64,000 nt of DNA from Chrysemys picta bellii (lineage: Eukaryota), in the NCBI RefSeq assembly GCF_011386835.1, contig NC_088792.1, positions 178,932,001 to 178,996,000 of the forward strand, in the 5' to 3' direction. The notes below the pieces were generated by a model. The model made no database searches and was not told the DNA's origin. It saw only the letters and a list, made by a program, of their open reading frames with translations. A program made the translations under genes and the position numbers. Shown here piece after piece: positions 37,029-51,539 of the stretch; within the stretch, counting starts at the first letter, position 1, and each line of letters opens with the position of its first letter.

Positions 37029-37866
37029 GTAAAAAAACTTGAGATAGAAAATCAGAAATATAATTGTATTACATATATGGGGTCAAATTATGGCTGCTCG
37101 CTTGTAGGTGAACTGTTGAAGGGTAAGAAAGCACAGGGTGTCCTTTCCCCCAAAAAACAGCCACACAAGAAGTCCAGAAAACAGTAAGTGGGCTGATTTT
37201 CTCCCTCTGAGCATAAGAACGAGCCATTAAAGCAGCTGGCAGCACAGTCGAAACCAAAGGATAAAACATGTTTGGTAATGAGAGATCGCTCCCTTGGCAC
37301 AACAGGTAGTGCAGGGAAGGTAGAGCTGAGATTTGTGCTATACCTCTTGTACAGATGCATCAAGTGCAGCTGCTGTGTATGGCTTCCTCTGGTCCCTTGG
37401 ACTCATGAATAATAGCCCCCCCTCCTCCCACTCACTTCTTAGGCATGATAAGTGCTTTCCCTCTAAAAGTCCACATTTTCTATGATACCTTAAAATTAAA
37501 AATTGGGGGTGATTTTAGTTTATACCTTTTCCCCCTTTTCTTTGTCAGTGGCAAAATGGAAAAGGAAGGGGGGCAGAAAGAAGGAAAACAGTAAAAGTGG
37601 AAGGAAGAGGGAGGAAATAAAACAAATAACTCAAGAGATGTTCCATTTTGAAATCTGGGGTGAAAAAAGAACACTTTGAAATGTTTTGTGAAAAAACATC
37701 ACCATTTTCCCACCATCTCTAATTTTTGGGAATCCAATGAGGATACCATTGAAAGCCATTTACTGTGGAGGGGGGAGGGGCAAAAACATCTTCAGGAATA
37801 ATATTTTAATAGCATAACTTAAAGGCATTATAAAAACTGTGAGGTTGGTAAATGTAAGGTCCAAAT

Positions 37867-38042
37867 CAATGGTTCTCAACCTATTTACCATAGTGGGCCG
37901 CATATGCTGCTCTCTTTGTGTTATGTGGGCTGCATCCACATACTATATATACCTCCTGTATGGCCCTGATGATGTCACATTGACCACAGTGTGTGCTGAT
38001 TGGGCTGCAAGTGGCCCACAGGCCACAGGTTGAGAACCCCTG
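37867..38042. mobile_element. hAT MITE, 176 bp, intronic
   Basis: TIRs CAATGGTTCTCAACC / GGTTGAGAACCCCTG. Perfect TSD GTCCAAAT at 37859-37866 and 38043-38050. Confidence 0.9.
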
Positions 38043-38157
38043 GTCCAAATAGCTCCATCCAGTTTCAGTCTTATTTTCACATACTGCACTTTCACTTGAG
38101 AAGCAAGTCCAAGTTTTCTATAACAAACTTTGTTCAGCTGCCAATCAAATGTATAGT

Positions 38158-39004
38158 TGTCAGGGTTCCCCACCCACTCTGAACTCTGGGGTACAGATGT
38201 GGGGACCCACATGAAAGACCCCCTACGCTTATATTCTACCAGCTTAGGTTAAAACTTCCCCAAGGCACAAATTCCTTTCCTTGTCCTTGGACGGTATTGC
38301 TGCCACCACCAATTGATTTACATAAAAATTCAGGGAAGGGTCATTTGGAATCCCTATTTCCCCAAAATATCCCCCCAAGCCCCTTCACCCCCTTTCCTGG
38401 GGAGGCTTGAGAATAATATACCAACTAATTACCTTAGCAGTGTGAGCGCAGACCAGACCCTTTCTCTTCAGGACACTGAAATCAATTAGGTTCTTAAAAG
38501 AACTTTATTATAAAGTAAAAGAATCACACCTGCAAAATCAGGATGAAAGGTAACTTTACAGGGCGATAAAAAGATTTAAAACACAGAGGATTCCCCTCTG
38601 GGCTCAGCTTCACAGTTACAAAAACAGGAATAAAACTACCTCTGTAGCATAGGAAAAATTCACAAGTAAAAACAAAAGATAACCTAATGCATTTCCTTGC
38701 CCTACTTACAGTTTATGTGGTTTTAGATGGATTATTCCAGGTATATTTTCAGGAGATGTTATACCCGCTTGGCTTCTCCCTCCGTCCAGAGAGGGACCAA
38801 ACAAAGAGAACAACAAACAAATCCTCCCCCCCACCAGATTTGAAAGTATCTTCTTTCCTCATTGGTCCTTCTAGTCAGGTGCCAAGTAGGTTATTTGAAC
38901 TTCTTAGCCCCTTACAGGTAAGGCGATTCAGTACAGCTTCCAAGGAGGGATTTTATGCTACTGCATACATAAAGGTTGTTACCCTTCCCTCTATATTTAT
39001 GACA
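38158..39004 (-). mobile_element. Solo LTR (Gypsy-type), 847 bp, antisense in the PHACTR1 intron
   Basis: TGTCA...TGACA ends. Perfect 5-bp TSD ATAGT at 38153-38157 and 39005-39009. AATAAA on the - strand near 38505. Confidence 0.88.
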
Positions 39005-42000
39005 ATAGTCAAACTAATAGACACTGTATGCCACATCAGATCAGGTTTTTTAAGGTGAAATGCACTTTCCACCTGCATAAACCCAAGCATTCATGTTGTA
39101 CACAGATGTGCACTACCCTCACCCCAGGACGTAAGTGTGGCACTGCTGCACAGCCAACTGCAACGGCTATTCCAGTCAATGGGCTAGAATTTCATCTCCA
39201 CACCCCTATGCAAGATGCACAGGGAAACCTTTAAAGGTAGATCTGCAGCTCTTCCCTTGTCCCATTGTAGCCTTCTGCATCAAACCGTGATAATTCAGGA
39301 CCTTAAGCACCTAGTAGGACCAAGCAAATAGATTGAAAGCTCCAATGGGCAGAGGCCTATTTTGTTTTGTTTTTAATTACTTCATCTCTAAAGTGCTATG
39401 CACGCCTGAGTACTGTGATAGAAGTAATATTATAATAAATCATCCCGCATCAGTATGAGGGCAGACCCCTTATGACTCCACAGAAAGGAAAACTGGAATT
39501 CAGAAATCTGTAACTTGCCTGACTTATTATCTTAGATTTCCATACCAATTGAGGAACATCCCATGCACTGAATGAGGCAGGTTTTCTGTGGAAAAGAGTG
39601 TATCATAATGCATATGCACAAGAGGACCAAATTAAGATTGCACCGACATTTCTTAGCTTCTGAGTGCTTGATTTTGAAATCTTAACTTTCCTTTAACATA
39701 GTTTTTGTATGTAATTTCCTAACTTTTTAAAAAACAAACTAAAAAACCAGAACTTCCATCATGAAGAATTATCACCACATGGATCATCAGCAGGGTGGTG
39801 ACAGTTAGACCCACCACACAGATCTCTATCACTTGAGTTAAGGAAGGAACTGGTAGTGGTAGTAGGGTGTCTTCCTCTTTGTGGACAAGCACCAGTGGAT
39901 TTCACAGGTATGTGCTGATAGTAGAGACATTGTGAGACTCAGGAATCCTGGGTTCAATGCCAGGTTCTGACAGGAGTGTGCCAGTATAGGTTATAGAACT
40001 TTCTGCCCTCTCCCCAGCATCTCTGCCCTATTCTCCTTCCCGGACTCATGTACCTTTGTTTGTCTGCTTTTATGCATCTCATTGGTACCTGTCCCTTTCC
40101 TTCTCCACTTCTATTCCACTTGTTCCCCTCTGTTCCTATCTCCACCCTTCACCTGGGCTCCTGTCCTTATTATCTGTCTTCCACCCCATGCTCATCAGAT
40201 CTCTTCCCCACCGCTTTTGTAACTCTCCCCCCCCCCACCACCAACAACTTTTCCTCTATATTTGTGTGAGGTTGCTTGCTGCTGCTCCTCCTTTTCCCTG
40301 CCTGAGTTCCAGTAGGGGGAGCAGTGAAAGCACAACAAACAGTCTCGCCACTCTCAGTTCTGGTGACTGGGGCCACAGCAGTCCTTGGCAATAGCAGGGG
40401 CAGCCCTTGCCACTCTGGGCTGGAGCATGCTCCATCACTCTGTGGGGATGGTGCATACACGTTCTGGTCAACAATAGGAGCTGAGGGATGGAGCAATTCA
40501 GGTGCAGACAGAATCCCCAGAGAATTTAGCTGCCAGCCTTTAACAAGCCGCTATTGAGCATGAGTGAACTGAGATTTTCAGAGGTTCTAAATTTTGCCAA
40601 TCTGGGCATATTGTCACAAACGGCAAAGAGAACATTCCCAGCACTAGGGTACCCCTTGCCAAATTTCAAGTCTGTCCTTCAAAGCATGGAGACACTAGAG
40701 TTTCTCAATTTTACAGTTGTATGGTTTGGGTTTGGGTTTACTCCTGGGCAAAACAATGTATTTTTCCTTTACCTCATTTTTGGAAATGGCTACGCCATTT
40801 TAACTGAAACTTTCTTTAAAAATTCAACCTGAAGCAGGCACCTGGCGTGAACATTTTAGTTCAAACAGTTAAAGTTTGGCAAAGTTATAAACAACTAAAA
40901 ACAGAATCTTATAATGGAAAACATTGTACAACTTTAACTAGAGGTGTTGCTGCCAGATTCACCTAGAATGATTGCATAATGTTAAAATTTTGTCTCAAAT
41001 CATACAATCAGTGTATTTGTATTTTTTTAAAACTGCATTTTGGTCAAGTCAAAAAGAGATGGCCATATTCTGTCATTAAATACATAGTGATCACAAATTA
41101 AATTATTACAGGTATTATTTTATTATTATTTTGTCTTATTTAAGTTATTACATTATAAATTGTAAATGCAGCGTACTATAGAATCAGGGCTTATTACTGT
41201 GAGAATATATTTATCCAGGAATCATATGTATTAAAACATTACTCACATATGACCAGTTATGCGCCTTTCTAATGCTCATACTCATTCTCACTCTTTCTTC
41301 CCCTATTAACCTCCCCCTATTTCTCTAATCCTTAACATATTGTTCTTTAGAATCTGATTTTAAAAGGAAATTAAAGTGAAAAGACAATAAATCAGTCGTT
41401 CCACTCTCCATAATCCATATGCACCTGTAATCAGCAACCAGTTGAACCCATAGCTTGCATACGGCCATAGAAAAATACTCATAGTTTGTATCTTTAATTT
41501 TTAAGTTCTTTTTAGAAATTCTTGGATCAAAACACAAAGAAAACTTCTGTCTATGCTATGTACAGCTATTGTGAACTCTACACAAGGGGGGAAAGTGGCA
41601 AGAGGAGAGAATGCCAGTGATGAAATGCAGTCTAAGTGCAGCCAAACAGTTAATAGGCTCTTATTCATACCTAATGAAAATAAGTAGTAGATAAGTATCC
41701 CATTCAATCAGCATCAGCTATATCCCAATTCAAATCAATTTATAGATGTTCCCAATAATAACTTATTCAAAATTTGCCCTATGAAATCTGTTTTTCCTCA
41801 AAAACTTAAGACTTCAACACAAAATATCAAATTTTTTGCGCTATTTCCAGATCACTGAAGTTTCTTTCAGTTATATACATCAAAAACACATCACTTTCGG
41901 TACAGTTAAAACTACATGGTTCAAGCTAAATATGTTAGTACATTGAGAAAATATTAGAAAATAAACAAAACAACTCAAGCAAGCTCCTCTGCCATTAGGA

Positions 42001-42105
42001 GATAACACAGCATTATGCAAGTAAGGATTCTTGAAGTCTTGTTGGAACAGAAATCAGAATGGCAGGTGTATTGCAAATAAATATTCATCTTTAAAATATT
42101 GTTAT

Positions 42106-42516
42106 TAGAACTGGTTAAAAATGAAAAAAAGCGGTTTCACAAGAAAGTTCAAACTTGTTTTCATTTCAAAAGGCTTGAAATGGATCTATGACTTTGGTGG
42201 GTGGTCGGAATTTTTTGTGATTTTTGGTTTTTGTTTTTAATTCCTAAAATTTGTCTAAAAAAATAGCAAAAATGTTATCAACATGGGTATTAAAATTTTG
42301 TGTTAATCAAACACCAAGTTTTCAGTAAGCAAAAAAATCAATAACGTTTTGATAATTTCTAATTACAATTTTGAAAAAGTCAAAAAGGCATAGCATTTTT
42401 CATGGAAAATGAAAATTTCAACAAGTCAACAACATTTTGCAAAACAAACAAAAAATTGTAAAGGCCATGTATCAGTGGGTTCAAATAGATTGGTAAAACA
42501 AATTTGATCAGCTCTA
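42106..42516. mobile_element. AT-rich hAT-Tip100-like non-autonomous element
   Basis: Ends TAGAACTGGTTAAAA / TTTGATCAGCTCTA. TSD ATTGTTAT (42098-42105) / ATTGTAAT (42517-42524). Confidence 0.7.
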
Positions 42517-43961
42517 ATTGTAATTTAACATACTGAATTTAATCTTTTAAGTGACCATGAATGTGCAATATCTAGTTTTAAATGTGCCCCTCCGCCCTTC
42601 CCAGTGTTGCTATGTGAAGTGCTTTGAAATCATGGAGGAAAGAGTCCATCTAATTTCTAACTATGTATGTCTTGGATATAGGGACATTTTTATTTAGAAA
42701 ACTACTAGCATTTATTAATTAAAAATTTGCTCCCTATGAATATTTTCCAATATTTAATTAAATGCCATTGTTTCCATGGATGTGCCTGTCAGTAAATTTG
42801 TTTACAAAAATTTGCACAGAAGAGCTGGAAACATGGTAGATGCAAACCATTTAAAAATTTGAATAAATATTCAAAGAAACATTTTTTGCAGTATTTACCC
42901 AGCTGTAGTCAAAGTGAATATGTGCCAGACCAAGGATCTAGAGCTAGCTAGGCAAAAATTGAATTCCAAACAAGTGAGCAGAAAAACCCACTCTTTATTC
43001 TTTGTTTACAATAAATACAAACTCATCTTTGGACACATCTTTCCATCTCCACCCATCGCTCAGTATGTTAACTGCAGCAAACAGATTCCATCTTTCAGCT
43101 CTGTAAGGATGGCATCAGCAGGAAGTTATTTAATGAAGGGTCTGATTCTGGAAGATGCTGAATGTCCTCAACTCCCACTGAAATCAAAGTTGCAGGCTCA
43201 AACCACTAAGTTGAACCTTTCTTTAGTGTGTTGTTTCACCAGATGAAACTATGCTTACTATAAAATAAAAAATTTCAATGGTCTCTAAGAATGCGACCCA
43301 ACTCTCACTGAAGTGAATGGGAATAATTCTACTCACTTACCAAAAGTCATGTCCTAAATTTGTTTTAATGACTATTTTTACAATGTTTATTTTGCAAATG
43401 AAAAATGCTTTCCTAACTGAAGAACTGATGATACTGAATACAATATTTCCAGCGCAGAGGGTAATTTTCTTTCATCCTCATTACTGTTAATTCCTGTTGA
43501 TTGGCTGCTACAGTTTACAGTCCACTACAAATGTTTACTTTATCATAATCTAAATGTTTGAAATTACTAAATATATTCCAACTCTTGACTTATGCTTTGA
43601 TCTTACAAATCAAAATGCTCAATTAAAAATTGGCATGAAATTTGAAAGGAAAATATTTTTTTTAAAAACAGCTCGGCCCATATCAGAAATAGACGCTATT
43701 TCCAGCACTGTTTTATTGTGGTAGGCCAGATGATTCTGTAAAATGAACATATACTGTAGCAGCTTTTGTTAAATTTAGTTAACAATGTACTGTCATGGCT
43801 AAACCTGATAGTTATTGGGCATTTGAGACTTGCTGATTGACAGACATTAAATAGAAACCTAGCATTAACTGTTGAAGGAAATAATCTCAGCTAGAGGACT
43901 ACAGAATTGGCCCTAAATCGCTAGTGATCACATTCTCCACCAGCCAGTAGAAAAATGCAGT

Positions 43962-44280
43962 TTTATTATTAGTCATTTGTAACATGATAGCACCTAGGAA
44001 CTCCAGCCAAGATGGAAGAGGGGAAGTGGGGTGTACATTGTATTAGGCTCTGTCCATACATACAGCAAGAGTCATCTCAGACCTGAAGTGTTTAGAATCT
44101 AAATAGACAAGACAGGAAGGGTCGGAGGAAAAAAAAGTATCATTATCTATGTTTTAGAGATGGGGAACTGAAGCACAGATAGATTATATGACTTGCCTTG
44201 GTCATATAAGAAGTGTGTGGCAGCACCAAGAATGGAACCCAGATCTCCCAAGTGTCAGGCCAGGCAGGGTCTTAACTACA
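43962..44280 (-). mobile_element. MIR (CORE-SINE)
   Basis: CORE-like GTTTTAGAGATGGGGAACTGAAGCACAGA and TGACTTGCCTTGGTCA on the + strand, with an A/T tail at the left. Confidence 0.65.
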
Positions 44281-44309
44281 AGATGGGTATGGTCCCCTTA
44301 TTTCCCTTA

Positions 44310-44460
44310 ATATATATGGATGTGGAATTCAAGGTGTTGGTTTTAGCCTATAAATCCCTAAATGATTTTGGAGCTGGTTACATGAGAGATCGCATCTCTC
44401 CCCATGATATCCTGAGATAAGCAGAGACACTCAAGCTTGAGTTCCCTCAATATATACAAG
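44310..44460 (+). mobile_element. L2 LINE ORF2 C-terminal fragment
   Basis: The translation VEFKVLVLAYKSLNDFGAGYMRD resembles the L2 motif FKILLL.YKALHGLAP.YL. Confidence 0.55.
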
Positions 44461-44974
44461 AGTTAATCTTCTGAGCAACCTTTTTATTCTGTTTGCTAAG
44501 GCTGCTAAAAAAGGAGTGGGGCTGAGGTAGATGTATTTCTGGCGGAATCCTCTGTGTATGTTATGATTTTTAATTTTGAGGATAGGTGGTCAGAGCACTG
44601 GATGGGCATCTGTAGTTGCATTACATAAAATAAAACTACATTAAAAGAACATTATTAAGGTTGTAAAGTCAAGCATTTGAGTTAGCTTATGCAACCTTAA
44701 TTTGATTCTCTTGTGCGTGTGCATTATGATACAGTCTTTATTAACGTGATCACATACTATTTTTTCCACACAATCCCCTGCCTTGTCCACAATCAGTGCA
44801 CAGGATGGACAGTGTTCAATTAATGAGCAGCTATTCAAAATTTTGTGGCCCTATGCCTTATTTATTGCATATTATTCAAGCCCTGCTTTGAAGACAGAAT
44901 TATTAATATCCTCATGGGCTTTTCTATGGCACTCATTACTATAGTATCGGAGTCCTTCCCAAATATTAATGAAT

Positions 44975-45390
44975 TAATTTTTACAACTTCCCTGTTAGAT
45001 GCAGGGTATTATTATTCCCAGTTTATAGATTGGAAACTGAGGCACAGAGAGTACAATCCAAGTATTCACTAATTTTGGGGGCCCAATTTGAAACAATTGG
45101 GACATGATTTTTCAGAGTGCTTAGCATTATATAGCATTCTATATCTTCAAAGCACAGCTCCTACTGACTTCCATTTCAACTCTGAGTGCTCAGGGCTTCT
45201 ACAAATCAGATCCCGGGGTACCAAATTGGGGACCCTCAAAATGAAGAACACTGAATTAGTGACCATGTCTGAAAAGTTGTGTTAAATGACTTACCCAGCA
45301 TCACACAGGAACTCTGTTGCAGAGGCAGGGACAGAATCCAATTCTCTAGCACAGCTTTCAACTGTCTTAACCATGAGAGCATCCTTTCTC
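44975..45390 (-). mobile_element. MIR core interrupted by a ~220-bp insert
   Basis: CAGTTTATAGATTGGAAACTGAGGCACAGAG (~45020-45050) resumes as AAATGACTTACCCAGCATCACACAG (~45283-45310). Confidence 0.5.
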
Positions 45391-45552
45391 TTCCCCTGCC
45401 TCATTTACTAATACACATGTTCCAAATTCAGCATCAAATGAGGCAGAGGTTCTACTGAGAATAGCCTCCTTCTCTGCACAGCCTTGCTCTACCCACAGAA
45501 CAGATCTGTCCTGTGCACTGAATGAGACAGGGTTCTTAGGAAAGAATCATAT

Positions 45553-46961
45553 GGAAAAAGGCTAATGTAGTGCCCATCTTTAAAAAAGGGAAAGAGGAGG
45601 ATCCAGGGAACTACAGGCCAGTCAGCCTCACCTCAGTCCCTGGAAAAATCATGGAGCAGGTCCTCAAGGAATCAATTCTGAAGCACTTAGAGGAGAGGAA
45701 AGTGATCAGGAACAGTCAGCATGGATTCACCAAGGGCAAGTCATGCCTGACTAACCTAATTGCCTTCTATGATGCGATAACAGGCTCTGTGGATGAGGGG
45801 AAAGCAGTGGACATGTTATTCCTTGACTTTAACAAAGCTTTTGATACGGTCTCCCACAGTATTCTTGCCAGCAAATTAAAGAGGTATGGGCTGGATGAAT
45901 GGATTATAAGGTGGATAGAAAGCTGGCTAGATCGTCGGGCTCAGCGGGTAGTGATCAATGGCTCCATGTCTAGTTGGCAGCCGGTATCAAGCGGAGTGCC
46001 CCAGGGGTCGGTCCTGGGGCTGGTTTTGTTCAATATCTTCATTAATGATCTAGAGGATGCACCCTCAGCAAGTTTGCAGATGACACTAAACTGGGAGGAG
46101 TGGTAGATATGCTGGAGGGTAGGGATAGGATACAGAGGGATCTAGACAAATTAGAGGATTGAGCCAAAAGAAATCTGAGGAGGTTCAACAAGGACAAATG
46201 CAGAGCCCTGCACTTGGGACGGAAGAATCCCATGCACTGCTACAGACTGGGGACCGAATGGTTAGGCAGCAGTTCTGCAGAAAAGGACCTAGGGGTTACA
46301 GTGGATGAGAAGCTGGATATGAGTCAACAGTGTGCCCTTGTTGCCAAGAAGGCTAATGGCATTTTGGGCGTATAAGTAGGGGCATTGCCGACAGATTGAG
46401 GGACGTGATCATTCCTCTCTATTCGACATTGGTGAGGCCTCATCTGGAGTACTGTGTCCAGTTTTGGGCCCCACACTACAAGAAGGATGTGGAAAAATTG
46501 GAAAGAGTCCAGCAGAGGGCAACAAGAATGATTAGGGGGCTGGAGCACATAACTTATGAGGAGAGGCTGAGGGAACTGGGATTGTTTAGTCTGCAGAAGA
46601 GAAGAATGGCGGTGGGAGGAGATTTGATAGCTGCTTTCAACTACCTGAAAGGGGGTTCCAAAGAGGATGGATCTACACTGTTCTTAGTGGTACCAGATGA
46701 CAGAACAAGGAGTAATGGTCTCAAGTTGCAGTGGGGGAGGTTTAGGCTGGATATTAGGAAAAACTTTTACACTGGGAGGGTGGTGAAGCATTGGAATGGG
46801 TTACCTAGGGAGGTGGTGGAATCTCCTTCCTTAGAGGTTTTTCAGGTCAGGCTTGACAAAGCCCTGGCTGGGATGATTTAGTTGGGGATTGGTCCTGCTT
46901 TGAGCAGGGGGTTGGACTAGATGACCTCCTGAGGTCCCTTCCAACCCTGATATTCTATGAT
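45553..46961 (+). mobile_element. CR1 LINE (PsCR1-like), 5'-truncated, ORF2 RT region and 3' end, sense to PHACTR1
   Basis: ORF 45570-46106 contains [11 protein letters not shown] and [14 protein letters not shown] 46396-46881 is the CR1 C-terminus. Ends CCAACCCTGATATTCTATGAT. Frameshift near 46068 and a stop near 46160. Confidence 0.95.
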
Positions 46962-47847
46962 GATATGTGATCATGTATTTAAAGATTGTATCATAATGCA
47001 TAAGCACACAAGGGTATCTCCTTGTTCCCAAGAACCTGATAGGACAATGTTTAAGTAAAGAAACAGGGGTAAGATTGCCACCTACAGAATCACCAGCACT
47101 GCTACCTGTATCAGCATAGTTTTCTTTTGAGGATTCTGATTCAAACACTGACCAGGGCAGTCCCTGATTAGCTATTTCCAGTGTTGTCCTAGCTATGTTG
47201 GTCCTAGGATATTAGAGAGACAAGGTGTCTCTTTCACCAGCAGAAGTTGGACCAATAAAAGATATTATCTCACCCACCTCATCTCCCTGATTAGCTAGTG
47301 AGAGTTGATAGGATCACAGTCTAAGATAATATGGTTGCACGCATTGTCAGATAATACCACTAAACCACCTCAGAAATATTAAAGCTCTGTGTCAACATTT
47401 ATTAGATTTAAGAGCAGATTTCAAATATGAGGAGAAAGAAAACACTCTCTTGACTATACCTAACAGTACAACATGGAAAAGTGTGCAGAGTGCCTCAGCA
47501 TATTCATAGCATCTACTGCCGTGAAGCGTAACAGACAAGAACAGTTTGAATTTTCAGGGGTGAGTGAAGGAAGAACTGTCTAAAATAATTTAACCCTGCT
47601 AAAGTCATAATGGCTGCCCACAGAGCTACTGCTACCCTGACATCTTTTGGAATTGCTGTCACAAAGAGCAATCTTTAGAACTACAGATGGGCACAAGCTG
47701 TGAAAGTTTGCATCTGGCTCTGAACTTCCCAAAAGTTCAGGAGCATTCAGACTTGGGTTCTGTTTTCAGCCAATTATATAGATAGGCTTGAGCCACAAAG
47801 AGAGATTCAGATTTCTGTCTCGGCTCAAACTTCCCAATAATTTAGGA

Positions 47848-48909
47848 CAGGGGTGGACAACCTATGGCACGCGTGCCAAAGACGGCACGCAAGCCGATTT
47901 TTAATGGCACGCTGCTGCCTGCCGGGGTCCCGCTCAGCCTGCTGCCGAACCCCAGCAGCGGGCTGAGCGGGACCCCGGCAGGCAGCAGCGTGCCATTAAA
48001 AATCCTGCCCGACCCAGCCCGCTCTTCTGCGCCCACCGCCCACCGCTCTCTCTGGCGGGGGCAGGGAGCAGAAGCAAGCTTGCTCCTGCCGGCTGCTGCT
48101 GTACAGCCGGCTCTGCCGGCAGCCAAGCTTTCCCCTCCCCTGTCTCTTCCCCCAGCATGCTGTGTGGAGCCCCGCCTCCTCTCCCTCCCTGCCGCCCCCT
48201 TGCGAGGGAGGGGAGAAGAGCAGCCCCAGCACCCTTGCTGCTCAGACCGGTAAGGAGGTGGGGAAGAGAGGCAGGAGCAGGGCCTTGAGCACCAGGTTGG
48301 CAGTGGGCTGAACGGGGCCGGCAGCTGGGACCCCAGCTGGCAAGGGGCCGGCAGCCAGAACCCCAGACCGGCAGCGGGCTGAGCTACTCGGCCCACTGCT
48401 GGTCTGGGGTGCCAGCCCCATTCAGCCCGCTGCCGGTCCGGGGTCCCGGCCCCTGACCCTGCTCAGCCTGCTGCCAGTCTGGGGTTCTGGCTGCTGGCCC
48501 GGGGTTTTGGCTGCCGGCCCCTTACCAGCTGGGGTCCCAGCTGCCGGCCCCACTCAGCCCCCTGCTAACCTGGGGTTCTGGCTGCCAGCCCCTTGCCAGC
48601 CAGGGTTCCAGCTGCAGGCCCCGCTCAGCCCGTTGCTGGCCTAGGTGAACGGAACCCCAGGCTGGCAGTGAGCTGAGCGGGCCGGCGGCTTAAGATCAGC
48701 ATTTTAATATAATTTTAAATGAAGCTTCTTAAACATTTTGAAAACCTTGTTTACTTTACATACAACAGTAGTTTAGTTATATTATATATAGACTTATAGA
48801 GAGAGACCTTCTAAAAAATGTTAAAATGTATTACCGGCATGCGAAACCTTAAATTAAAGTGAATAAATGAAGACTTGGCTCACCACTTCTGAAAGGTTGC
48901 CGACCCCTG
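47848..48909. mobile_element. GC-rich non-autonomous hAT element, 1062 bp
   Basis: TIRs CAGGGGTGGACAACCT / AGGTTGCCGACCCCTG. Perfect TSD ATTTAGGA at 47840-47847 and 48910-48917. Internal hairpin and degenerate GC repeats. Confidence 0.9.
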
Positions 48910-49429
48910 ATTTAGGAGTAGGTGAGTTACAAATCTGAAGTTCAGGTACATGCCCGTCTCTATTTTAAAATTCCTGTGTATTTTGATCCATAAGAGGAAT
49001 GACTGGAACACAAGGAAACTAAACAGCACTATTTGTTCTATGACATTGGTATTTGGATAAACTATTCTTGTCCTACCTCACTGCTTTGAAAGGGATAGGG
49101 GGAGACTTAAAACACAACTGGAAAGTAGGTTTTTGTTTGGTCAACCATATCAATGAATAATTCAGAATAAAATAATTTAGAGAAATGAACAACTTACTGC
49201 CTACAAGTAGTTCAGCTACTTTCTTTGAGGAAAGATGGGTCGATTGGAATGAACTGACCCAATAAATAATAAAATACATTTTATAATAACCATGTGGATA
49301 CTACTGTAACTCAATTCAACTCTGCTGAATTCCCTCATCTTTCATATTTCTCATCTCTTTTACTATTTATGTGAGAAAATAATTTGTATAATCTACTATT
49401 CTGTTTATCTTTAATGATAAGTTAGCATT

Positions 49430-49696
49430 TATTATTATTATTATTTTAACAGTACCATATAGCGATTCCAAATGAGATTGGAGACCCAATGTGCTAAACA
49501 GAGCTAAGAGACAGCCCCTGCCATTTAAATAGACAAGACAGAAAATGGCAGGAGACAGGAAATATTCTCTTTATTTTACAGCTGGAGAACTGAGCTACAG
49601 ATATTTGCCTATGGCCACAGAGAATGTCTGCAGCAAAACTGACAATTAAACCTAGATCTCCTGAGTCCCAGTCCAATGCCTTAATCACAAAACCAT
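49430..49696 (-). mobile_element. MIR (CORE-SINE)
   Basis: (TTA)n tail at the left, CORE-like TTTTACAGCTGGAGAACTGAG, and reversed tRNA-like head CCTAGATCTCCTGAGTCCCAGTCCAATGCCTTAATCAC. Confidence 0.65.
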
Positions 49697-50399
49697 TTTT
49701 TGTTCCTAAAAATAAGGTAAAGGCATTTATGCTTTATAGATACAGAGCAAAATATCCAAAAGCGCCAAAAGGTTGTAGAAGCCTATATCCCAAGCTCTTA
49801 GACCCAAGTCCCAAAATGTACTTAGGCACCTAACTCCCATTGATTTCAGTGGGAGTTAGACATCCATATACCTTTGAGGATCTGGGCCTAAGTCATTTTT
49901 ATAAATGAAACCGAGGCTCCTAGGTCACTTAGGCACTTAAAAAATATATTACCTATAAATGGTTCCACTTTTGTCAGTGTGTTTGTCCACAGAAAGGAAA
50001 ATGTATGCATACATAGGGGTTGGGGAGTTAAGCAGTTCAGTCTAGTGGCAGCCTTTCCAACAATGAAGAGGGTCTTAGTCTGATATTCCCCAAATCTGAC
50101 CTTATAAACAGAACTTTCAAGGAGCTTTGCACATCCCAAAATATTGTCAAAAGTTTTCAACTACTCTAGGAGCCGGTGCTGGTGCATGTTGTGGTTGATC
50201 CTCCCACGGCTGCTTTTTCTTTCCCCACTTATAGGAAAAGGGGGGGTGGAAGAAGCAACCTTTTTTTTTTTTCATATTGACGATTATATGGAACGAGCAT
50301 AAATATTAGAACACGAACTGATTAAAAGGAAAAGCGAGTCCCTCTCCAGCAATTGTAATGTCAGGTCACCTTAGAGTCACAGCCTGTCCTGTTTCACCG

Positions 50400-51300
<901 letters not shown>

Positions 51301-51539
51301 CACACAAGCATTTCTCCCCTCCCTTCGCTCCCCAGCCGTAAGACACTGGTGCAATACAAAATGAACTGGCGGGAGGGGGCAGCATGGATGGGCAGGAGGG
51401 GAGGACTAAGACGTGGTGGTGGCAGCGTTCAGTTCCTGTCATGGAGTAAGCAAGCAGTGGAGTAATTTCCCCCTCAAAGTTTTTTTTGGAGGGGGGAAGC
51501 GAAAAGAGACCTACACAGTACCACAATCACCCCTAATAT

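Noticed and set aside
47842-48396. 184-aa and 129-aa ORFs
   Set aside because: They arise from the GC-rich hairpin and repeats of the hAT element; both strands give the same peptide because of the palindrome.
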